Positions 8,846 through 15,820 of a DNA stretch of 64,000 bases are shown here, one piece after another. The notes beneath the pieces were generated by a model that saw only the letters and a program-made list of their open reading frames with translations, was not told the origin of the DNA and did no database searches. Position numbers and translations under genes: made by a program. Every line of letters starts with the position of its first letter. Position 1 is the stretch's first letter. Location of the stretch: NCBI GenBank assembly GCA_964411375.1, contig CAYPKR010000002.1, forward strand, positions 205,259 through 269,258, given 5' to 3'. The DNA is from an uncultured Candidatus Saccharibacteria bacterium. Lineage in GTDB: Bacteria > Patescibacteriota > Minisyncoccia > Phycocordibacterales > UBA12088.

Positions 8846-8940
8846 GTACAGCCCCTCCTGTTAGGAACGAGGACCACCACGGTCTAACGCCGAAACATAT
8901 CATGCAAATTGTCAAAACGCAATTCCGTTTTCAACATTAA

Positions 8941-9639
8941 CTACCACCCTTTTTTCGAGAGTGCGTTTCGGGCTGCCATTTGTTCTGCTTCTTGTTTTGA
9001 TTTTCCAGTTCCGTCCGCAATCATTTCTGCGCCAAGGAAAACGCCAACGGTGAAATGCTTGTCGTGATCCGGTCCCGACTCGCTCATGATCTTATAGGTT
9101 GGCGTCATCGAAACACGCTCCTGTGCTTCTTCTTGGAAATGGCTTTTATCGTCCTGCCAGAGTTTTTTTGCGACGATGTCATCGGTGAGTGGAAAAATAT
9201 TTTGTGCGATAAAGTCAGCCGCAACATCATACCCTTGATCGAGATAGATAGCCCCAACTACCGATTCAAAAGTGTTTGCCAAAATATATTGACGTGCTCG
9301 GCCAGTATCTTTTGCTTCACCACGCGAGAGCAGGAGGTAATCATTCATACCAAGCGAGAGTGCAACATTCGAAATAGTATTGGTATTTACCAGTGCCGCG
9401 CGATACGCAGTGAGTTCCCCTTCGTTATCATTTGGAAATCGTTCAAAAAGATAGCGCGTCACGACCAATTCCAAAACTGCGTCTCCCAAAAATTCGAGAC
9501 GCTCATTGTGGAGCAATTTTTCTTCGCGGTGCTCATTGAGATACGAGCGATGCGTGAACGCTTGTTCCAAGAGTGCGATATTTGTAAATTGAACTCCGAT
9601 TTTTTCTGCAAACTTAGCGACTTCGTTTTTCGAGGTCAT
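8941..9639 (-). CDS. rnc: Ribonuclease III
   Basis: ERLEFLGDAVLELVVTRYLF catalytic motif, with a dsRBD at the C-terminus. Confidence 0.9.
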   Translation of the reverse strand: MTSKNEVAKFAEKIGVQFTNIALLEQAFTHRSYLNEHREEKLLHNERLEFLGDAVLELVVTRYLFERFPNDNEGELTAYRAALVNTNTISNVALSLGMNDYLLLSRGEAKDTGRARQYILANTFESVVGAIYLDQGYDVAADFIAQNIFPLTDDIVAKKLWQDDKSHFQEEAQERVSMTPTYKIMSESGPDHDKHFTVGVFLGAEMIADGTGKSKQEAEQMAARNALSKKGW

Positions 9640-9797
9640 GACAGTAGATCTGAATTAGTAGTATGTATGGTTTTCAGAATGTTTCTAAAAATTTCAGATG
9701 CGCGGCGCGGAGAAAGAAAATTTGGAGACGTACCAAGGTACGGCGGAAAATTTTCAGAGGCTCCGGAACAAAACAGATGAATTTTTTAGGAACATTC

Positions 9798-10715
9798 TCA
9801 TTGCTTTTGCAAGAGAAGATTGATGGCCTTGGTGATTATAGGAAGTATGTCGCGGTAGAAGTTGAGATCAAGGATCGATGAGAGCTTAAACCAACGTGCA
9901 TCATCGAGTCCTCCTTTTTCTTCGAGCGTGATATCCGAAAATTCAGATTCCGCGAGGAAGTAGATGACACGCTTACGTTTCTTTCCTTCATCAGGAGTGG
10001 TTGCGACGTATTCGTTCTCGCCGAGTTTTTCTTTGACGGTAATGTCGAGTCCGATTTCTTCTTTAATTTCTCGAACAACACCCGCTTCTTCGCTTATACC
10101 GTCTTCGATGCCGCCTTTTGGAAGCGTCCAGTGACCGAACACGTCATGCACGAGTGCAACATAGACTTCTTCGCCTTCGCGAGCAAATACGACCGCGCCG
10201 ACTTTTCGTTCGAGTGGCAGTTTATCGTACGGAACATCCTGCTTCTTTTTTTTCTTTGAGGTCTCTTCTTTGCCGGGTTCACCGAGTTCTTTGTAGACTG
10301 CGCCGAGTACGCCGTTAACGAATCGGCCGGAAGACTCTCCGCCAAAATTTTTGCCAAGCTCAATCGCTTCATTGATTGCGACTTTTGCCGGAACCTCTTT
10401 GCGATCAGCAAAGAGAAGCTCGAATAGTCCGAGCCGGAGAATATTGCGATCAACCGGAGCGATTTTACCAATCGGCCATTCCGGTGCCGCTTTTTCAATT
10501 ATTTGATCGAGATCATCTTTCTTCTGCATGACACCATGCAGGAGTTTGTCCATGTATGAAAAATCACTCGTTCCTGGAGCGAATTCATCAATGTTGCGCG
10601 CAAGCACCTTTTCGACATCAATACCCCCATCACCGTTTTTCTCGGTGACATCCCATTCAAAGAGCGTTTGGAGGACTATTGACCTCGACAGATGTCTATT
10701 CGCCATTGTGTACAA
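9798..10715 (-). CDS. nusB: NusB antitermination factor fused to a C-terminal NUDIX hydrolase domain
   Basis: Residues 1-150 are NusB (ILRLGLFELLF, AINEAIELGKNFGGESSGRFVNGVLG). A Lys-rich linker follows. Residues 175-305 carry a Nudix box, GGIEDGISEEAGVVREIKEEIGL. Both lie in a single uninterrupted frame. Confidence 0.8.
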   Translation of the reverse strand: MYTMANRHLSRSIVLQTLFEWDVTEKNGDGGIDVEKVLARNIDEFAPGTSDFSYMDKLLHGVMQKKDDLDQIIEKAAPEWPIGKIAPVDRNILRLGLFELLFADRKEVPAKVAINEAIELGKNFGGESSGRFVNGVLGAVYKELGEPGKEETSKKKKKQDVPYDKLPLERKVGAVVFAREGEEVYVALVHDVFGHWTLPKGGIEDGISEEAGVVREIKEEIGLDITVKEKLGENEYVATTPDEGKKRKRVIYFLAESEFSDITLEEKGGLDDARWFKLSSILDLNFYRDILPIITKAINLLLQKQ

Positions 10716-10770
10716 AGACGGCTAACCTCACTTCCTATGTCAATCAACGTGGCGCGACGTTCGCGCCCGA

Positions 10771-10971
10771 TTACTTCTTCTTCGCAGAAACTTTGCGTTT
10801 TGCTACGTCAATCACCTGTCGGCCGCGGTACATACCGCAACTTGGACAAACTGCGTGGCGCACCATAGACGCACCGCAATGCGGGCATTTGGTAAGCGTG
10901 CTTGAGGCGAGCCGATGATGGCTCCGGGTTGCCCCGACCTTTGCACGAGTGCGCTTCATTCGGACTGACAT
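10771..10971 (-). CDS. rpmF: 50S ribosomal protein L32
   Basis: A 66-aa protein with MSVRMKRTRAKVGATRSHH...CPHCG...CPSCG, the bL32 zinc-ribbon type. Confidence 0.85.
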   Translation of the reverse strand: MSVRMKRTRAKVGATRSHHRLASSTLTKCPHCGASMVRHAVCPSCGMYRGRQVIDVAKRKVSAKKK

Positions 10972-11038
10972 ATGTGTACCCTAGCAAAAATGGCTTAAAA
11001 ATACAAGAAACAAGCGGCAGACTGTGCATAAAAGATAA

Positions 11039-11070
11039 TGGCGCCGACACGGATTGAACGTGTTCGGCGC
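11039..11070 (-). terminator. Intrinsic terminator GGCGCCGAACACG-UUCAAUC-CGUGUCGGCGCC followed by AUUAUCUUUUAU
   Basis: A 12-bp GC stem with a 7-nt loop that resembles a tRNA T-loop, followed by a U-run on the minus strand. Confidence 0.55.
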
Positions 11071-11075
11071 CTCCC

Positions 11076-11390
11076 TAACCGACGACTTATGTGTCGCCAA
11101 CTTTCTTAAATCGATCCGGGCAATCTGCACGCGGCATATATCTGAAACCGTTGGCGAACCGACAAAATATTTGCGGCTGATGGGAATGACCACCTGCTCC
11201 TGCGATACCCTCGTAATGAGGACAACCGGTACATTTTGGGGGAGCTAGTGGTGCGCTTGGTCTGTAGAAAAGCGAGCTCTCTGATGGAACGAGGGCCAGG
11301 AACCGCCCCGTTAGTTGTCTCGGCATCTGAGGTGACCTGATTCTAAGGTAAGTGTCCAAAATAACCCTACCACTCCAATTGACTTAGTCA
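11076..11390 (-). ncRNA. Candidate structured sRNA, or alternatively a small Cys/His-rich ORF, between the rnhB stop and a strong terminator
   Basis: About 315 nt of GC-rich sequence, transcribed, with no ORF that looks convincing by SD. ORF 11087..11359 has a CxxC...HxH...C...C pattern but a poor RBS. No RNase P, tmRNA or SRP signature motifs were found. Confidence 0.2.
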
Positions 11391-11391
11391 A

Positions 11392-12006
11392 CTAGAGAAA
11401 TGAACTCCGGTGAATATTGAGGTGACCATGCTTTTTCAAATTCCGATAATGCTCTTTGGTGCCATATCCCTTATGCTTTTCAAAACCGTATTCGGGATAT
11501 TTTTCTCCAAGCCTTACCATGTGTCGGTCGCGGGTCACTTTTGCCGCAATCGACGCGAGCGAGATAACCGGCACCAATTCATCGCCCTTAATAATCGTTT
11601 CCTGGTGGGTAAAATGTCGTGGCGCGTACAGTGAACCATCGAGAAGTACGAGAATTGATCCTGGATCGATATCTTCGGTAAGTTCACGAAGATTTCGCGC
11701 CATTGCTGTTTTGACTGCACTTACAATCCCGCGCGAATCGATATGCGAAGCCCCGACTAGGGACACCGCAACATGAATGCTCGGATGTTCCTTCATTTTT
11801 ACAAACCATTCTTCGCGGCGCTCCGAAGATAGTTGTTTGGAATCTCGAATACCCACAAAAAAACCGGCATCAAAATCCGCCGGAATCATAACGGTACCAA
11901 CTGATACCGGACCCGCAATAGGTCCGCGACCTGCTTCATCAATACCAATTATCCAATCGAAATTCTTTGCAATGTCTTGCGTATTCTTCCAAGCGGAGTC
12001 AAGCAT
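11392..12006 (-). CDS. rnhB: Ribonuclease HII
   Basis: IIGIDEAGRGPIAGPVSVG catalytic N-terminus and a KHKGYGTKEHYRNLKKHG C-terminus. I trimmed the start to Met 20 aa before IGIDEAGRG. Confidence 0.85.
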   Translation of the reverse strand: MLDSAWKNTQDIAKNFDWIIGIDEAGRGPIAGPVSVGTVMIPADFDAGFFVGIRDSKQLSSERREEWFVKMKEHPSIHVAVSLVGASHIDSRGIVSAVKTAMARNLRELTEDIDPGSILVLLDGSLYAPRHFTHQETIIKGDELVPVISLASIAAKVTRDRHMVRLGEKYPEYGFEKHKGYGTKEHYRNLKKHGHLNIHRSSFL

Positions 12007-12030
12007 TTCTCTCTGATATACTGGCGGGTA

Positions 12031-15000
12031 ATGAATCGCTTCGTCCATCTTCACACACACAGTCATTATAGCCTTTTGAATGCTTTGCCAAAAATCCCTG
12101 ATTTGGTCGGAGCGGCAAAGGAGGATGGAATGGAAGCACTTGCTCTCACAGACGCCGGCAACCTCTACGGCGCCATCGAATTTTATAAGGAATGCAAAGA
12201 GCAAGGCATTCATCCAATAATCGGAATCGACGCGTATGTTGCGGCGCGTACCCGTCAAGACAAGGAACCAGGTGTCGACAATCGACGCGCGCGACTGATT
12301 CTTCTTGCGAAAAATCTCGAAGGATATCGAAATCTTTTGAAGCTCGTCACTGATTCGGGACTTGAAGGCTTTTATTACAAACCGCGTGTCGATCGCGAAC
12401 TACTTGAAAAATATCAAGAAGGTTTGATCGCGATTCCAACTTCATTTAGTGGCGAGATCGCGAATGCGCTCCGCATGAGTGATTTCGCAAAAGCGAAAGA
12501 AATATATGAATGGTACAAAAAGACATTTGGAGGTGAAAATGTATTTCTCGAAGTAACGCATCATCCAGAAATCGATGGACATGAAAGTCTCCAAGAAAAA
12601 ATAATTGCATTTGCTAAAGAGAATGGAGCAGAGATCGTTGCCGCACACGATGTGTACTATTTGAAACCTGAAGACCGACGTGCGAGAGAGACGATGGTAA
12701 AAATCCAATCGGGCGGCACGCTCGCCGAAGAAGGTCAGAGCGGTTTTGATGATGCCGAAGAAGATTTTTCATTCATCGATCAGGAAAAAGCGGCAAAATT
12801 ATTTTCAAAAACACCCGAAGCACTCGAGAATACGTTGAAAATCGCATCGATGTGCACGCTTGAACTGCCGCTCGGCAAATGGGCGTTCCCTATTCCACAA
12901 ATTGAAAGCGGCAGAACGCCGGACGAAGAACTTCGCTTCCTTGCCTATGAAGGAATCAAAACGCGTGGACTCACTCCGACAACCGAAATAAAAGAGCGAC
13001 TCGAACACGAGCTCGGTATCATCAAACAAAAAGGATATGCAAGTTATTTTATTGTGGTCGCCGATCTCTTACGCTTTGCACACGAACACGACATATATAC
13101 GAACATTCGAGGTTCGGTCGCCGGCTCACTGGTGACGTATTTAACAGGTGTTACCAAGGTAAATCCGCTTGAATATAAAATTCCGTTCGAGCGATTTTTG
13201 AATCCCGAGCGCCCCACTGCTCCGGACATCGACATGGACTTCGCTGACAACCGTCGCGATGAAGTTATTGAATATGCCAAAAATAAATACGGCGCAGACA
13301 AAGTGTCCCAGATCGGTACATTTGGAACCATGATGGCGAGAGCGGCGGTGCGCGATGTCGCACGCGCACTCGGACATCCATATGCCGTTGGAGACCGGAT
13401 CGCAAAACTCATTCCAATTGGTTCGCAAGGATTTCCAATGACCCTTACTCATGCGCTTGAAATAGAGCCGGAACTTTTGAAACTCTATAAAGGCGACAAG
13501 GACGCGAAGGAAGTAATCGAACTGTCGAAAAAAATTGAAGGATGCGCGCGGCATGTGGGAGTTCATGCAGCGGGTGTTGTCATTTCACCGACGCCTTTGA
13601 CTGATTACACACCGCTTCAACTCGATCCAAAAGGCGGTAAGATCATCACGCAGTACGACATGTACTCAATTGATGAAAATAATGCAGGACTTCTTAAGTT
13701 CGACTTCCTGGGGATCAAAAATCTTTCGATTCTTGCCGATTCGGTGAAGCGGGTACAAAAAATCCGCAACATTGATATTGATATCGAAAAAATTCCCCTC
13801 GATGATCCAAAAACATTTGAAATTCTCTCGCAGGGAGAAACGATGGGTTTGTTTCAGTTGAATGGCTCCGGCATGACACGGTTTTTGAAGGAACTAAAAC
13901 CAACCACTATCCACGACATCAACGCGATGGTTGCGCTCTATCGTCCAGGACCTTTGGAATCCATTCCGCAATATATTGAGCGCAAGCACACACCGTCTCT
14001 TATTACCTATCTCGATCCGCGTCTCAAAAATATTCTTGATCAATCGTACGGAGTTATCACCTACCAAGACGACGTGCTTATGGTCGCGGTTGAGATCGGC
14101 GGATATTCCTGGCTTGAAGTCGACAAACTTCGCAAAGCCATGGGAAAGAAAATTCCAGCAGAAATGGAAGCGCAAAAAGAGAAGTTGATCAAAGGATTTA
14201 TTGAGCATGGAAAATTAACCAAAGAAAAAGCGGAGCGAATGTGGAAACTCATCGAGCCGTTTGCCGCGTATGGATTCAACAAAGCGCATGCCGCAAGCTA
14301 CGGTCGTGTTGCGTATCAAACGGCGTACATGAAGGCAAATTTCCCCGTTGAATACATGGCATGTGTTCTGACTGCCGACTCCGGCGATGTTGAGAAAGTC
14401 TCTGAAATCATCACCGAAGTAAAGCGCATGCATATTCAAGTTCTGCCGCCAGATGTAAACGAAAGTTACGGCGTATTTTCGGTCGTTCCTGAGGAATCAA
14501 AAATTCGCTTCGGATTATACTCAATCAAAAACTTTGGCGAAGGAATTGCAGATGTGATTATTGAAGAGCGAAAAAATAATGGGCCATATGAGTCGCTCGC
14601 AGACTTTTTGACACGCATTCAGGACAAAAACCTCAATAAAAAATCACTCGAAGCACTCATTATGGCGGGAGCACTAGACCAGTTTGGCGAGCGCGGATCA
14701 ATGATGGCGAATATTGAAAATCTTCAGCTCTTCAATAAAGAAGCATCGTCAAACGGACATCAGGATTCCTTGTTTGGCGGACTGTCTGGTGGCATTTCTG
14801 AACTTCGCCTTGCGCCGGCAGATCCCGCAACGCAGGCACAAAAATTGCAATGGGAGAAAGAACTTCTTGGTCTCTATATTTCAGGACACCCACTTGATAA
14901 CTACAAAGAAAAGTTAGCGAATCGAGGCAAAACAATTACCGATATAAAACGAACAACCTACGAAGGAGTAGAAACGGTCGTTGGCGGCATTATTGAAGAT

Positions 15001-15210
15001 TTGCGAGTCGTTCTCACCAAAAAGGGCGATAAGATGGCATTCGCAAAAGTCGCTGATATGTCGGGGTCAATCGAAGTGGTCTTTTTCCCAAAGTTATATG
15101 CGGAAAAATCGACAATGGCTGTTCCCGAGGCGTGCATTGCAGTCAAAGGAAAATTTTCTATGCGAAATGGCGAACCATCAATCGTCGCTGATGCAGTAAA
15201 AGCGCTCTAA
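12031..15210 (+). CDS. dnaE: DNA polymerase III alpha subunit
   Basis: A PHP domain (FVHLHTHSHYSLL), the polymerase core and a C-terminal OB fold. I trimmed to MNRFVHLH; it is divergent from rnhB. Confidence 0.9.
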   Translation: MNRFVHLHTHSHYSLLNALPKIPDLVGAAKEDGMEALALTDAGNLYGAIEFYKECKEQGIHPIIGIDAYVAARTRQDKEPGVDNRRARLILLAKNLEGYRNLLKLVTDSGLEGFYYKPRVDRELLEKYQEGLIAIPTSFSGEIANALRMSDFAKAKEIYEWYKKTFGGENVFLEVTHHPEIDGHESLQEKIIAFAKENGAEIVAAHDVYYLKPEDRRARETMVKIQSGGTLAEEGQSGFDDAEEDFSFIDQEKAAKLFSKTPEALENTLKIASMCTLELPLGKWAFPIPQIESGRTPDEELRFLAYEGIKTRGLTPTTEIKERLEHELGIIKQKGYASYFIVVADLLRFAHEHDIYTNIRGSVAGSLVTYLTGVTKVNPLEYKIPFERFLNPERPTAPDIDMDFADNRRDEVIEYAKNKYGADKVSQIGTFGTMMARAAVRDVARALGHPYAVGDRIAKLIPIGSQGFPMTLTHALEIEPELLKLYKGDKDAKEVIELSKKIEGCARHVGVHAAGVVISPTPLTDYTPLQLDPKGGKIITQYDMYSIDENNAGLLKFDFLGIKNLSILADSVKRVQKIRNIDIDIEKIPLDDPKTFEILSQGETMGLFQLNGSGMTRFLKELKPTTIHDINAMVALYRPGPLESIPQYIERKHTPSLITYLDPRLKNILDQSYGVITYQDDVLMVAVEIGGYSWLEVDKLRKAMGKKIPAEMEAQKEKLIKGFIEHGKLTKEKAERMWKLIEPFAAYGFNKAHAASYGRVAYQTAYMKANFPVEYMACVLTADSGDVEKVSEIITEVKRMHIQVLPPDVNESYGVFSVVPEESKIRFGLYSIKNFGEGIADVIIEERKNNGPYESLADFLTRIQDKNLNKKSLEALIMAGALDQFGERGSMMANIENLQLFNKEASSNGHQDSLFGGLSGGISELRLAPADPATQAQKLQWEKELLGLYISGHPLDNYKEKLANRGKTITDIKRTTYEGVETVVGGIIEDLRVVLTKKGDKMAFAKVADMSGSIEVVFFPKLYAEKSTMAVPEACIAVKGKFSMRNGEPSIVADAVKAL

Positions 15211-15281
15211 GCAGGTCCGGTTTCTTTTTTGCAAAAAGAATGAGCGGGGTTTCCCCCGCTCCAGCCAGCCATGATACGAAA

Positions 15282-15578
15282 CTATTCAGACCAATAGGTC
15301 TCTTTGAGATCCCCATCCTTCCAGATATCTCCTGCTTGGCAGCAGTTACGGAAACTCTGGAAAGACTCGCCGGGGATCCAGACCGTGACAGTGGTCTCGA
15401 ATTGGGTTTGAGGGCGCTCAAGTTCTACCTGGCGCGTAGTAGTTTCTTCAGGAAGAAACTTGCCTCCGTGAAGAATCGCGAGGTGAAGCCACGTAGCCAA
15501 CTTCTGAGGATCCCTGAAGGCTTTCGTGGCAGGCATGTCTTTAGGAATCGTGATCGTCCTTGGCTCTACGCTTTCCAT
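15282..15578 (-). CDS. Hypothetical protein (98 aa)
   Basis: Its composition is balanced, unlike the overlapping + ORF, but I found no motif or good RBS. Confidence 0.25.
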   Translation of the reverse strand: MESVEPRTITIPKDMPATKAFRDPQKLATWLHLAILHGGKFLPEETTTRQVELERPQTQFETTVTVWIPGESFQSFRNCCQAGDIWKDGDLKETYWSE

Positions 15579-15626
15579 CGTAACCTCCGGTGGTTCGAGA
15601 GCGATTTAACATTTTTATTTCTTGGT

Positions 15627-15655
15627 TGTCAACCAATCAAAATTTGAGTAATTTC
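15627..15655 (+). promoter_or_regulatory. Candidate sigma70 promoter for the thrS leader (TTGTCA-17-TAATTT)
   Basis: A -35 TTGTCA at 15627-15632, a 17-nt spacer and a -10 TAATTT at 15650-15655, about 40 nt upstream of the leader ATG. Confidence 0.4.
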
Positions 15656-15693
15656 ATTTTGACAAAAAGAAACCCTCGGCATACTCTGTCTCT

Positions 15694-15729
15694 ATGAATC
15701 GAACGACGACTACAACGACCACTACCTAA
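15694..15729 (+). CDS. Thr-rich leader peptide MNRTTTTTTTT (attenuator leader upstream of thrS)
   Basis: The ORF is ATG AAT CGA followed by 8 consecutive Thr codons (ACG ACG ACT ACA ACG ACC ACT ACC) and TAA. It lies 90 nt upstream of the thrS ATG. Confidence 0.55.
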   Translation: MNRTTTTTTTT

Positions 15730-15790
15730 CCTCCCGGAGGCTCGTTGTGTTTCAAAAGAACGAAGCCTCCCCAAGCGGAGGATTTTTTAA
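15730..15790 (+). promoter_or_regulatory. Attenuator hairpins: antiterminator (GGAGGCUCGUU/AACGAaGCCUCC) alternating with a terminator (CCUCC-ccaagc-GGAGG plus U6)
   Basis: Region 1 (ACAACGAcC, within the Thr codons) can pair with region 2 (GGcUCGUUGU). Regions 2:3 form a stem of ~11 bp. Regions 3:4 form a 5-bp GC stem followed by UUUUUU at 15783-15788. A second -10, TATAAT at 15803-15808, lies directly upstream of the thrS ATG. Confidence 0.5.
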
Positions 15791-15820
15791 TAGAAAATCG
15801 CGTATAATATTGTCACCCTT

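Noticed and set aside
8440-8940. RNase P RNA or tmRNA in the GC-rich gap between rnc and smc
   Set aside because: Neither strand contains the universal RNase P P4 sequence (A)AGUCCGG / CCGGCUUA, a tRNA-like T arm plus CCA end for tmRNA, or the SRP GGAAGCAGC block. Two small ORFs with SD sequences explain the region at least as well. Only an Rfam covariance search could settle it.
11039-11075. tRNA or tmRNA 3' end suggested by the UUCAAUC T-loop-like hairpin
   Set aside because: The two acceptor-like strands are directly adjacent and form a simple 12-bp hairpin followed by a U-run, with no D or anticodon arms upstream. An intrinsic terminator is the simpler reading.
12442-15200. Multiple 60-140-aa minus-strand ORFs inside dnaE, and similar ones inside gyrB, pheT and smc
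   Set aside because: They overlap long conserved housekeeping ORFs on the opposite strand and have no start or RBS support.
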